Positions 35,936-48,350 of a stretch of DNA of 64,000 nucleotides are shown piece after piece (positions within the stretch are counted from its first letter, which is position 1; each line of letters opens with the position of its first letter). The notes under the pieces were generated by a model, which did no database searches, was not told the DNA's origin, and saw only the letters and a program-made list of their open reading frames with translations. The DNA comes from Macrostomum lignano (taxonomy: Eukaryota). The translations under genes and the position numbers were made by a program. Location: contig NIVC01000100.1 of NCBI GenBank assembly GCA_002269645.1, positions 434,001 through 498,000 on the forward strand, in the 5' to 3' direction.

Positions 35936-36504
35936 CTCTAGTTTTATATAAGTGATTTCAATGTTATTTAGTATTATTTATTTACAGATATCATCTAGTA
36001 TTCTTTATTAGTTAGTACTCAATTATTTCTGTAAATTTCTTGAAGCAAAATACTAACAAAAAGTTTCATAAGCGCCCAGTTGTCTGCATTCAAATAAACA
36101 GACCTTATTAATATTACTATAATTATCTTATTCTGAGCCTCTTGCAAGACGGGTGCTTTGCAGTTAAATTTTTTTTTGCCTACATTTCCCTTTTTTAATT
36201 TCCGATCAGCTTACAAAGATAATTATTTAATTAATTACAATATAAGTCTGCCAGTCGTGTGATCTCCATATTTCTATTGTCTTATTTAGTACATCTATTA
36301 GCTTCAATATTTGTTAATCCACTTAATCATTATTCCATTTATTTTTGTTCTTATAATAAATGTAGTCAAAGTGATTTTGGCTTCTACCTGCTAATATTTT
36401 GCCTGTTTATGTTATATGAATCTACTGTATTCATTCAATAGGTTTTCCACAGGAGTTTTATTCTAGCTAATTTCAGTTTTAATAGGTTTTAGATGAGGCT
36501 TTTC

Positions 36505-36760
36505 TGACTCTCTGTGTGGGATTTCCGATTCTGAGGTGTGGGCTTTCTGATTCTAGGGTGTGGGGTTTCTGATTCTAGGGTGTGGAGTTTCCGATTCTGG
36601 AGTGTGGGGTTTCCGATTCTGGAGTGTGGGGTTTCCGATTCTGGAGTGTGGGGTTTCCGATTCGGAGTGTGGGGTTTCCGATTCTGGAGTGTGAGGTTTC
36701 CGATTCTGGAGTGTGGGGTTTCCGATTCGGAGTGTGGGGTTTCCGATTCTGGAGTGAAGG
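36505..36760 (-). repeat. 22-bp minisatellite, inverted relative of 33440-33730
   Basis: GATTCTGGAGTGTGGGGTTTCC units; reverse complement GGAAACCCCACACTCCAGAATC. Confidence 0.88.
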
Positions 36761-36893
36761 TTTTCTGTGTTTGAGTGTGAGATTGCTGTATTTGGGTGTG
36801 GGATTTCTGATTGAAGGTACTTAGAAAAGTTTCTAGATTCAGCGTGTTACACTTATTGTATTCATGCAACTGCAATCGGAGTAGTAGACCAGA

Positions 36894-37399
36894 ATGGACA
36901 CTCTGGGCGGTCTGCAAGCTCTGCAAACTCTGCTGAAGCCGCCAGGCGGCGGTCAAGATGAAGACAGCGACAGCGAGTCAGAGTCGGGCGGCCAGCAGCG
37001 CAAGAATCACTACGCCAAGCTGAACCCGGGAGACATCGGCAGCAAGCCTTCGTCTGCGCCAGCTGCTGACCAGTCAGGCGACGCCGCTGCTAAACTGCCG
37101 CAGGCGAACCCCAACGATATCTGGCATCCCGACGAAATTGGCGAAGGCGAATCCGGCGTCCTTGACGACCGTCTGGACCCCCGAGCTCAGCCGGAGTACG
37201 AGATGCACTTCCGGCAGGCTGTGTCGCCTGAGGACATGTTTCTGGGCACCGGGAATAAGACTCCGGCTACCGCCAGCTGCGAGCAGATGGTGGTGAGCAG
37301 TCTTGTAGCTAACGCTGACTGCTGAGCACAGGATAGCGCAAGCCAGTACTGTACGCAGGCACTACTACTACTGCTATACTACTACTACTGATACTACTA

Positions 37400-37445
<46 letters not shown>

Positions 37446-40400
37446 TCGAATTGCTAGTGAATTAGTCCGTCAAGTTTCCCAATACCCACTCACATTGACA
37501 TTGCAATGCCCACAACAAGCTGGCTCATGCATCATCTATCAGTACGATAATTATTGTTTGATCTAGGCTAAGCGGGAAAAAAAACAATTTTGTTTCTATG
37601 TGAAAGAAACTGCGCAAAGCGCTGAACTCTCAAGCTGGACTCAATATATATACACGGATGTTGCCTGAGCCAAAGCAAGCAAGACATCATCAGCTATGCA
37701 TAGCCAATCGAGCAAAGCATTCCCTACCGATCGGCAATTGACTTTGCGTCAAAAGATTCACAAAGGCTGGCACTGGAGCAATGGAATAGGCAGCTACGGT
37801 AGCCTCTCAGATCAGAGCATAACCGACTCAGAGCTGGATCACGTGACTAAAGTTATGAAACGTTGGGAAGCTTTGCAACTGGCTGACACGTTGCGTTTAC
37901 ACGGCGCCGCTCAGAGATTGCGCTGTTTAAAGAAATCTCTAGCCGGAGATGGAATCCAGTCTTGCTTGATGTGCGGCTTGAGACTGGCTAATGCGTCTCA
38001 TTGCTGCTTCCCCGGCTCCTTTGCTGCTTCAGCTGGCACCATGTGCTGTCTCTGCGGACTGCGATTCTGTGCTGACTGTCTGTGAGTACCTGCGGCAGCT
38101 CGTGCGGTTTTCTTAAAATCATCTGATTTAGCATTTACATAATCTGACATGATTTCTCACAATCTGATATGATTTCTGACAATCCGACATGATTTCTGAC
38201 AATCCGACATGATTTCTGACAATCCGTCATGATTTCTGACAACTTGACTTGATTTCTGACAATCTGACATGATTTCTGACAATCTGATATGATTTCTGAC
38301 AATCTGACATGATTTCTGACAATCTGATATGATTTCTGACAATCTGACATGATTTCTGACAATTTGATATGATTTCTGACAATCTGACATGATTTCTGAC
38401 AATCTGACATGATTTCTGACAATTTGACATGATTTCTGACAATCTGACATGATTTCTGACAATCTGACATGATTTCTGACAATTTGACATGATTTCTGAC
38501 TATATAACACGATAACTGACACTCTGACACATTAGTTGACAATCTGACACAGTTGTTGACAATCTGACACAGTTGTTGACAATCTGACACAGTTGCTGAC
38601 AATCTGACACAGTTTTTGACAATCTGACACGGTTGTTGACAATCTGACAATCTGACAGTCTGACAATCTGACACAGTTGTTGACAATCTGAAACAGTTGC
38701 TGACAATCTGACACAGTTGTTGACAATCTGACACAGTTGTTGACAATCTGACACATTAGTTGACAATCTGACAGTTGCTGACAATCTGACACAGTTGTTG
38801 ACAATCTGACAATCTGACAGTCTGACAATCTGACACAGTTGTTGACAATCTGACACAGTTGTTGACAATCTGACACAGTTGCTGACAATCTGACACAGTT
38901 GTTGACAATCTGACACAGTTGCTGACAATCTGACACAGTTGCTGACAATCTGACACAGTTGTTGACAATCTGAAACAGTTGCTGACAATCTGACACAGTT
39001 GCTGACAATCTGACACAGTTGTTGACAATCTGACACAGTTGCTGACAATCTGACACAGTTGCTGACAATCTGACACAGTTGTTGACAATCTGACACAGTT
39101 GCTGACAATCTGACACAGTTGTTGACAATCTGACACAGTTGTTGACAATCTGACACAGTTGCTGACAATCTGACACAGTTGCTGACAATCTGACACAGTT
39201 GTTGACAATCTGACACAGTTGTTGACAATCTGACACAGTTGCTGACAATCTGACACAGTTGCTGACAATCTGACACAGTTGTTGACAATCTGATACAGTT
39301 GCTGACAATCTGACACAGTTGTTGACAATCTGACACAGTTGCTGACAATCTGACACAGTTGTTGACAACCTGATACGATTTGTGACACTTGAAGTCCTGA
39401 CAGTTTGCCACAGATATTCTCAGTCAAGCGCTACTCAACCACACATGCCAGACCGCCTAAGGAAGATTCTCCAGCATCCACTCCATCCTGGAGCTCCACA
39501 GCCAGCTCCAACGCTGCCACCGCATCACCTCTAGCCGAGAAGGCCTGCCATTGCGCCAAGAAGCTGGTCTGCGAAGTTTGCCTACAAAGAAACCGGTTGC
39601 AGACAGAATCGGGCAGTTGGTGGCAAAACAATTCCGGCGCGATTTCGTCGGTTGTTGATAAGAAAATCTCTGTAACCGCCTGTCCCACAGCTGTGTCGCA
39701 AATGCCCAGTGTGAAGAAGTCAGACAGCTCCAAGTTGAACAGATTCGGGACAAGATCGGCGAGTGTCAGCTGCTACTGCTGTATTGGCAGCGCTCTGGCA
39801 ATGCGCAGGGCTGGTCTGCCCAAACTGAAGCTAATTAGGCCTGTTTTAACCGATTGAGACACGAACTGAATTATGCTTTATCGATAATAAATTAACAGAT
39901 CGTGCTGCTAAGACTGTTAGCGAGAGTTTTTGTCTTCCTTGCTGGTCTTGCTGTTTTCCTATCTTATGGTATTCCAGGTGCTATTCTTGTGCACTGATAA
40001 TCGACCTTTTGTTCATTTCAACCTGAGAATTCCCTTCAGTCTTACCTGAGAATCTCCTTCAATCTCACATGTGAATCGGCCCTCAATCTCACATGTGAAT
40101 CGGCCCTCAATCTCACCTCTGAGAATCGCCCCTCAATCATCTCACCTAAGAATCGCCCTGAATCTCACCTCTGAGAATCGCCCCTCAATCTCACCTCAGA
40201 ATCGCCCCTCAATCATCTCACCTAAGAATCGCCGCTCAATCTCACCTAAGAATTGCCCCTCAATCATCTCACCTAAGAATCGCCCTCAATCTCACCTCTG
40301 AGAATCGCCCCTCAATCATCTCACCTAAGAATCGCCACTCAATCTCACCTAAGAATCGCCCCTCAATCATCTCACCTAAGAATCGCCCTGAATCTCACCT

Positions 40401-41369
40401 CTGAGAATTGCCCCTCAATCTCACCTCTGAGAATCGCCCCTCAATCTCACCTCTGAGAATCGCCCCTCAATCATCTCACCTAAGAATCGGCCCTCAATCT
40501 CACCTTTGAGAATCGCCCCTCAATCTCACCTCTGAGAATCGCCCCTCAATCATCTCACCTAAGAATCGGCCCTCAATCTCACCTTTGAGAATCGCCCCTC
40601 AATCTCACCTCTGAGAATCGCCCCTCAATCTCACCTCAGAATCGCCCCTCAATCATCTCACCTAAGAATCGCCGCTCAATCTCACCTAAGAATTGCCCCT
40701 CAATCATCTCACCTAAGAATCGCCCTCAATCTCACCTCTGAGAATCGCCCCTCAATCATCTCACCTAAGAATCGCCACTCAATCTCACCTAAGAATCGCC
40801 CCTCAATCATCTCACCTAAGAATCGCCCTCAATCTCACCTCTGAGAATCGGCCCTCAATCTCACCTCTGATAATCGCCCCTCAATCTCACCTCTGATAAT
40901 CGCCCCTCAATCCCACCTGAGAATCGGCTCTCAATTTCATTTGAGAATCGTCGTTCAATCTCACCTGAGAATCGGCCCTCAATCTCACCTCCTAGAATCG
41001 CCCCTCAATCTCACCTGAAGATCGGTAAAGAGAAGCCTTTTTAAATCTACAACATTTTAGCTTACCAAAGTTCGTGCTGCATTCACTACTAGTTTAGCCA
41101 ACAATTTCAGTAGTAACGCACGCACATCTTCACCCCCCTTCTCCTCCGCGCAGATCAGCATTAAACTGCCTGGCACAAAATCTGCTAACGAATTAAACTT
41201 GGACATTCGCGAGAAATTTCTTGACCTTCGTTCGGCTCGTTACCGGCTGGGTTTGCACCTGCCCAATGCGGTGGACCCAGATTCGGGTAGCGCCAAATTC
41301 GACTGCGACTCTGCCAGCCTAACTATCATTCTCAACAATAAGCGGGAGTATGACTTTGTTAATTTTTAG
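36894..41369 (+). CDS. PIH1D3: PIH1D3/DNAAF6 dynein axonemal assembly factor, about 204 aa; join(36894..37292,41154..41369)
   Basis: NDIWHPDEI..DDRLDPRAQPEYEMHFRQAVSPEDMFLG.GNKTPATASCEQMV joins in phase 0 (GTG|GTGAGC ... CGCAG|ATC) to ISIKLPGT..LDIREKFLDLRS..L.LHLP..KREYDFVNF. Confidence 0.92.
37361..37445. repeat. (ACT)n microsatellite
   Basis: Read directly. Confidence 0.95.
37696..39857 (+). CDS. RPH3AL: Noc2/rabphilin-like Rab effector (Rab-binding zinc domain only, no C2), about 279 aa, nested in the PIH1D3 intron; join(37696..38081,39404..39857)
   Basis: PTDRQLTLRQKIHKGW matches the Noc2/rabphilin motif PNDRQLALRAKLxxGW. GDGIQSCLMCG, CCLCGLRFCADC, LVCEVC and SGSWW (SGAWF motif) also present. 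Donor CT|GTGAGT; the frame-compatible acceptor is CTGACAG at 39403. Confidence 0.82.
38135..39372. repeat. Two adjacent 20-bp minisatellite subfamilies in the intron of the nested gene
   Basis: ATCTGACATGATTTCTGACA (38135-38500), then ATCTGACACAGTTGTTGACA (38520-39372). Confidence 0.95.
40020..41025. repeat. 24-29-bp minisatellite (CTCAATCTCACCTCTGAGAATCGCCC)
   Basis: Tandem units; inverted relative at 45050-45350. Confidence 0.93.
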
Positions 41370-41614
41370 CATCAGTTTTCTTGTTAGAACACATTCCAAT
41401 TGTGAGTAGGCTGTGCCGAATATCCGTCCAATATAATTATGTACTCAAATTATTGCTTGCATTCACGCGGATGTGTCTTAATAAAGCTTTACCGTGTGCC
41501 TTTTCTGATGAAAATATGTTTTGTTTCATATTACTAATAAAAATAGTCATTCTTTTCGAATTTGTTATTTTGTCAATCATAATGTGAATCACATGACTTG
41601 ATTCAACGAGATTT

Positions 41615-41870
41615 ACTCTACTGATGAGTGACCATAGAGTGACTCAATTCAGGAGATTCACACTACCGATGAGTGAGGGACCGGACTGACTCAATTCAGG
41701 AGATTCACACTACCGATGGGTGAGGGACCGGACTGACTCAATTCAGGAGATTCACACTACTGACAAGTGACCAGATAGTGACAATTTAGGGAGATTCACA
41801 CCATTCTGACAAGTGACCAGAGAGTGACTCAATTTAGCGACATTCCCGCTACTGATGAGTGACTCCATTC
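41615..41870. repeat. Degenerate tandem repeat, unit about 44 bp
   Basis: Recurring GACTCAATTCAGGAGATTCACACTAC(T/C)GATGAGTGA. Confidence 0.75.
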
Positions 41871-42579
41871 ACACTATATTGGCTCTAGTTAGTGACTAGA
41901 TCAGTGACTATAGAATCGCAGCTAACCTCTCACTAATGCTGAATGAGACACTTCAGTCTGGTTAAATAATTAATAGCTAGCATTTAGCCAGAAATCTTTC
42001 ACCTGGCCTGGGCAGTGAGTGCTTGATAAGCTACCTATTTGAAGAGAATTAAATGAAGCGACATCTTGCTAATCTCAGCGGGGGATCCTGGAATTTCAAC
42101 CACTCACTCGCTCAGATTCTGTTATAGTCAAAGAGTGACAATCAATAATTGAACAGGTATATTTAGTGTGAAGTTGAAAGTTTTTTTTGCGTCAGGTAAT
42201 TAGTTATAAATATTGCATTGCTCGCAAATTATTTCATCCTGCATCCAACTGCGGTGCAGCTTCATCATTCTTGCCTCACTTAAGGGTGAATTTTAAGTGG
42301 AAGCTGGATCACTTGATGACGTGACACGGGAAACCCTGACGGATTGTTCAAAGGTAAAAACCTGATCCTTACTCCATACACACCAGTATATTGCACAGAT
42401 AATCTTCACCTGTCTTTGCATTGTGTGCTCAGTCATGGATACTTCAAAACAGAACTTGGGTTGCCAAGTCTTAAGTTTGTTTTTTCAGTTAGGGCAACTT
42501 TATATGAATAATATTTTACTGAATCTGTCATGATTTCGGCTTGGTCAAACCCAAGCTTAGCATTCCAGATATTTGAATT

Positions 42580-44990
42580 GAGGTGGGCGATTCTCAAGGA
42601 AATTTGGAGGCGAATCTCAAGGAGATTTGGGGGCGATTCTCAAGGAGATTTAGGGACGATTCTCAAGGAAATTTGGAGGCGATTCTCAAAGAAATTTGGG
42701 GACGATTCTCAAGGAGATTTGGGGGCGATTCTCAAGGAGATTTGGAGGCGATTCTCAAGGAGATTTGGGGGCGATTCTCAAGGAGATATGGGGACGATTC
42801 TCAAGGAAATTTGGAGGCGATTCTCAAAGAAATTTGGGGGCGATTCTCAAGGAAATTTGGGGGCGATTCTCAAGGAGATTTGGGGGCGATTCTCAAGGAG
42901 ATTTGGAGGCGATTCTCAAGGAGATTTGGGGGCGATTCTCAAGGAAATTTGGGGGCGATTCTCAAGGAGATTTAGAGGCGATTCTCAAGGAAATTTGGGG
43001 ACGATTCTCAAATAAATTTGGGGGCGATTCTCAAGGAGATTTGGGGGCGATTCTCAAGGAGATTTGGGGGCGATTCTCAAAGAAATTTGGGGACGATTCT
43101 CAAGGAGATTTGGGGGCGATTCTCAAGGAAATTTGGGAGCGATTCTCAAAGAGATTTGTGGGCGATTCTCAAGGAGATTTGGAGGCGATTCTCAAGGAGA
43201 TTTGGGGGCGATGCTCAAAGAGATTTGGAGGCGATTCTCAAGGAGATTTGGGGACGATTCTCAAGGAAATTTGGGGGCGATTCTCAAGGAAATTTGGGGG
43301 CGATTCTCAAGGAGATTTGGGGGCGATTCTGAAGGAGATTTAGGGGCGATTCTCAAGGAGATTTAGGGGCGATTCTCAAGGAGATTTGGGGGCGATTCTC
43401 AAGGAGATTTAGGGGCGATTCTCAAGGAGATTTAGGGGCGATTCTCAAGGAGATTTGGGGGCGATTCTCAAAGAAATTTGGAGACGATTCTCAAAGAGAT
43501 TTGGGGGCGATTCTCAAGGAAATTTGGGAGCGATTCTCAAAGAGATTTGTGGGCGATTCTCAAGGAGATTTGGGGGCGATTCTCAAGGAGATTTAGGGGC
43601 GATTCTCAAGGAGATTTAGGGCGATTCTCAAGGAGATTTGGGGGCGATTCTCAAGGAGATTTAGGGGCGATTCTCAAGGAGATTTAGGGGCGATTCTCAA
43701 GGAGATTTGGGGGCGATTCTCAAGGAGATTTGGGGGCGATTCTCAAAGAAATTTGGAGGCGATTCTCAAGGAGATTTGGGGACGATTCTCAAGGAAATTT
43801 GGGGGCGATTCTCAAAGAGATTTGGGGGCGATTCTCAAGGAGATTTGGAGGCGATTCTCAAGGAGATTTGGGGGCGATGCTCAAAGAGATTTGTGGGCGA
43901 TTCTCAAGGAGATTTGGGGACGATTCTCAAGGAAATTTGGGGGCGATTCTCAAGGAAATTTGGGGGCGATTCTCAAGGAGATTTGGGGGCGATTCTCAAG
44001 GAGATTTAGGGGCGATTCTCAAGGAGATTTAGGGGCGATTCTCAAGGAGATTTGGGGGCGATTCTCAAGGAGATTTAGGGGCGATTCTCAAGGAGATTTA
44101 GGGGCGATTCTCAAGGAGATTTGGGGGCGATTCTCAAAGAAAGTTGGGGACGATTCTCAAGGAGATTTGGGGGCGATTCTCAAGGAAATTTGGGGGCGAT
44201 TCTCAAAGAGATTTGTGGGCGATTCTCAAGGAGATTTGGAGGCGATTCTCAAGGAGATTTGGAGGCGATTCTCAAGGAGATTTGGGGGCGATTCTCAAGG
44301 AAATTTGGGGGCGATTCTCAAGGAGATTTAGAGGCGATTCTCAAGGAAATTTGGGGGCGATTCTCAAGGAGATTTGGGGGCGATTCTCAAGGAGATTTAG
44401 GGGCGATTCTCAAGGAGATTTAGGGGCGATTCTCAAGGAGATTTGGGGGCGATTCTCAAGGAGATTTGGGGGCGATTCTCAAAGAAATTTGGGGACGATT
44501 CTCAAGGAGATTTGGGGGCGATTCTCAAGGAAATTTGGGGGCGATTCTCAAAGAGATTTGTGGGCGATTCTCAAGGAGATTTGGAGGCGATTCTCAAGGA
44601 GATTTGGAGGCGATTCTCAAGGAGATTTGGGGGCGATTCTCAAGGAAATTTGGGGGCGATTCTCAAGGAGATTTAGAGGCGATTCTCAAGGAAATTTGGG
44701 GGCGATTCTCAAAGAGATTTGTGGGCGATTCTCAAGGAGATTTAGGGGCGATTCTCAAGGAGATTTAGGGGCGATTCTCAAGGAGATTTGGGGGCGATTC
44801 TCAATGAGATTTAGGGGCGATTCTCAAGGAGATTTAGGGGCGATTCTCAAAGAAATTTGGGGGCGATTCTCAATGAGATTTAGGGGCGATTCTCAAGGAG
44901 ATTTGGGGGCGATTCTCAAGGAGATTTGGAGGCGATTCTCAAGGAGATTTGGGGGCGATTCCTAAGAAGACTCGGATGATTCTCAATTAC
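42580..44990. repeat. 23-bp minisatellite (GGGGCGATTCTCAAGGAGATTTG)
   Basis: About 100 tandem units. Confidence 0.97.
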
Positions 44991-45049
44991 TCTGGCGATT
45001 CTCGAGGAGACTCTGGGAAGATTCTCAAGTAGATTCGGGGGCGATTTTC

Positions 45050-45350
45050 AAGAAGACTCAGGGCGATTCTCGAGGGAGATTAAGGGCCGATTCTCAGGTG
45101 AGATTGAGGGGTGATTCTCAGGTGAGATTGAAGGGTGATTCTCAGTTGAGATTGAGGGGCGATTCTCAGGTGAGATTGAGGGGCGGTTCTCAGGTGAGAT
45201 TGGGGGGCGGTTCTCAGGTGAGATTGAGGGGCGGTTCTCAGGTGAGATTGAGGGGCGATTCTCATTTCTCAGTTGAGATTGGGGGGCGGTTCTCAGGTGA
45301 GATTGAGGGGCGATTCTCAGGTGAGATTGGGGGGCGATTCTCAGGTGAGG
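45050..45350. repeat. 24-bp minisatellite (GGGCGATTCTCAGGTGAGATTGAG)
   Basis: Reverse complement of the 40020-41025 unit. Confidence 0.9.
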
Positions 45351-45654
45351 TAACTGCATGCAGTGCTGTATTGATGAGGTTTGGGTAGAGAACTGACACT
45401 CCATATTACGGTTTCCAAGTGTTCCTTGGCGCAATCCATGCAGCTCCAGCTCGACGCTCCCCTCGTCAACTGATCTACGTGACTGAAGAAGGAAAAAAAT
45501 TGTTTGACAAATTTTAAGTTACTCTTCTTACACAACGTGCGGTGGCCAAGCCATTGAGTGGGGGGGTTCGCTGTTTATAACTTGATGCTATCAGTGTGTT
45601 TGGTTGACTGGGCACGGGGCTTGGGTGTACATGTGTTTAGGGGCTGTTATAAAG

Positions 45655-45810
45655 AGTGCTAAACATGGATATAGGGGTGCTAAACGTGGATGTAGGGGTG
45701 CTGAAAATGGATATTGGGGTGCTAAACGTGGATATAGGGGTGCTAAACGTGGATGTAGGGGTGCTGAAAATGGATATTGGGGTGCTAAACGTGGATATAG
45801 GGGTGCTAAT
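45655..45810. repeat. 21-bp minisatellite (GGGTGCTAAACGTGGATATAG)
   Basis: Tandem units read directly. Confidence 0.88.
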
Positions 45811-46329
45811 AGGAGTATTAATATATTTTAGTGCCTTAGTGCATCAGGTGTCCAAGTGGTCAAAGCAGCCACCCTCAGTGATTTGCGGCTTCTATAGTCC
45901 TCCCAAGTCGACCTCCCCTTGGTTATGCAATGCAGCACCGTTTAATACCAAATCGAGAGCTTTACTGATCTCATGCCACCGATGAAGAGTGGAATTGAAA
46001 ACTTTGTGTCGTGATTTTGTCACCTGCCTGCTTGGATAATTGATGAGGTCGCTACTTTAATTCATCGCGCAAAATCCATTGTCCGACCCATGCACTGTGT
46101 TAGCGGGCAAGTCTTGATAGATAAGTGAGAGAGAGACAGAGAGACAAGGAGACATATCAAGTGGTTTAGAAAGATTAAACCTTGAGACAAAATGAATTCG
46201 GTGGAAATTAATTATTCAATAAGGATTAAGCTGGATGGATGAGCACCCGATGTAAACTGCCGACCCTGTCGTGTATACCAGTTTGTTTTAGTCAGCGAAA
46301 GTGGTCCCTGTTTAATTCTTCAACAGTGT

Positions 46330-46711
46330 GACGTGACCGTGTCGTAAAACTGTGGACGCGCGGCAGGAGAGAGCAGAACACGACAGATGTGGCTCTCCCA
46401 CACCGGGGGGGGAGGCTGGGGAAGTCAGACCCCGGTCTCTGATTGGTTGCCGCTATACGTGGGAAGAAGAAGCGCGGAAGTCGATCTCTCCATCATCATT
46501 TAGGTTCCGCGCGTCCTCGTTTGTTCAACAAAGTTATAAAGACAATAAAAAACTTGAGAGAGTGAGAAAGCCAAATCTGCGTTTGGAAAGTTTTCCTTAA
46601 TAATCAACAGATCGAGTTTCTATACAATCGGAACACTCTTCAAAATGGACTCCAGTGTTGAGCCTGAACAGCAGCAGCATCTCATTGTTTATCCCGACGA
46701 TGGTCGCTCGA
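46330..46711 (+). promoter_or_regulatory. Promoter-like CpG-rich segment plus candidate first coding exon 46645..46711 (MDSSVEPEQQQHLIVYPDDGRS)
   Basis: Reverse CCAAT (GATTGG), TTATAAA, AAAATGG start context and strong donor A|GTAAGT in phase 1, compatible with the NR2E DBD exon acceptor at 50847. Confidence 0.4.
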
Positions 46712-46779
46712 GTAAGTTGTTCTCAAATCGGTTCCTGGGGGTTGTCACACGGTTTACAGGCATGAGGACCCAGTGGCGC

Positions 46780-48350
46780 CTCAGGCATTCATTTTAGCGC
46801 CGCAGACACTCGTTTTAGTACCTCAGGCACTCATTTTAGCGCCTCAGGCACTCATTTTATAGCGCCTCAGGCACTCATTTTAGCGCCTCAGGCACTCATT
46901 TTAGCGCCGCAGGCACTCATTTTAGCGCCTCAGGCACTCATTTTAGCGCCGCAGGCACTCATTTTATAGCGCCTCTGGCACTCATGTTAGCGCTGCAGGC
47001 ACTCATTTTAGCGCTACAGCACTCATTTTAGCGCTACAGCACTCATTTTAGCGCCGCAGGCACTCATTTTATAAAGCGCCGCAGGCACTCATTTTAGCGC
47101 CGCAGACACTCATTTTAGCGCCGCAGGCACTCATTTTATAGCGCCTCTGGCACTCATGTTAGCGCTGCAGGCACTCATTTTAGCGCTGCAGGCACTCATT
47201 TTAGCGCTACAGCACTCATTTTAGCGCCGCAGGCACTCATTTTATAAAGCGCCGCAGGCACTCATTTTAGCGCCGCAGACACTCATTTTAGCGCCGCAGG
47301 CACTCATTTTGGCGCCTCAGGCACTCATTTTAGCGCCGCAGGCACTCATTTTAGCGCCTCAGGCACTCATTTTAGCGCCGCAGGCACTCATTTTATAGCG
47401 CCTCTGGCACTCATGTTAGCGCTGCAGGCACTCATTTTAGCGCTACAGCACTCATTTTAGCGCTACAGCACTCATTTTAGCGCCGCAGGCACTCATTTTA
47501 TAAAGCGCCGCAGGCACTCATTTTAGCGCCGCAGACACTCATTTTAGCGCCGCAGGCACTCATTTTATAGCGCCTCTGGCACTCATGTTAGCGCTGCAGG
47601 CACTCATTTTAGCGCTGCAGGCACTCATTTTAGCGCTACAGCACTCATTTTAGCGCCGCAGGCACTCATTTTATAAAGCGCCGCAGGCACTCATTTTAGC
47701 GCCGCAGACACTCATTTTAGCGCCGCAGGCACTCATTTTATAGCGCCTCTGGCACTCATGTTAGCGCTGCAGGCACTCATTTTAGCGCTGCAGGCACTCA
47801 TTTTAGCGCTACAGCACTCATTTTAGCGCCGCAGGCACTCATTTTATAAAGCGCCGCAGGCACTCATTTTAGCGCCGCAGACACTCATTTTAGCGCCGCA
47901 GGCACTCATTTTGGCGCCTCAGGCACTCATTTTAGCGCCGCAGGCACTCATTTTAGCGCCTCAGGCACTCATTTTAGCGCCGCAGGCACTCATTTTATAG
48001 CGCCTCTGGCACTCATGTTAGCGCTGCAGGCACTCATTTTAGCGCTACAGCACTCATTTTAGCGCTACAGCACTCATTTTAGCGCCGCAGGCACTCATTT
48101 TATAAAGCGCCGCAGGCACTCATTTTAGCGCCGCAGACACTCATTTTAGCGCCGCAGGCACTCATTTTATAGCGCCTCTGGCACTCATGTTAGCGCTGCA
48201 GGCACTCATTTTAGCGCTGCAGGCACTCATTTTAGCGCTACAGCACTCATTTTAGCGCCGCAGGCACTCATTTTATAAAGCGCCGCAGGCACTCATTTTA
48301 GCGCCGCAGACACTCATTTTAGCGCCGCAGGCACTCATTTTGGCGCCTAT
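46780..48350. repeat. About 22-bp minisatellite (GCGCCGCAGGCACTCATTTTA) with higher-order blocks
   Basis: Tandem units with a recurring sequence of variants. Confidence 0.95.

Noticed and set aside
37293-37700. PIH1D3-Noc2 fusion isoform
   Set aside because: The phase-0 donor joined to the AG at 37693 is out of frame and reaches a stop within about 16 codons.
42530-44965. GAILKEIWGRFSRRFGGDSQGDL repeat ORFs resembling amphipathic helical repeats
   Set aside because: Three-frame translation of a 23-bp minisatellite; all frames give the same peptide.
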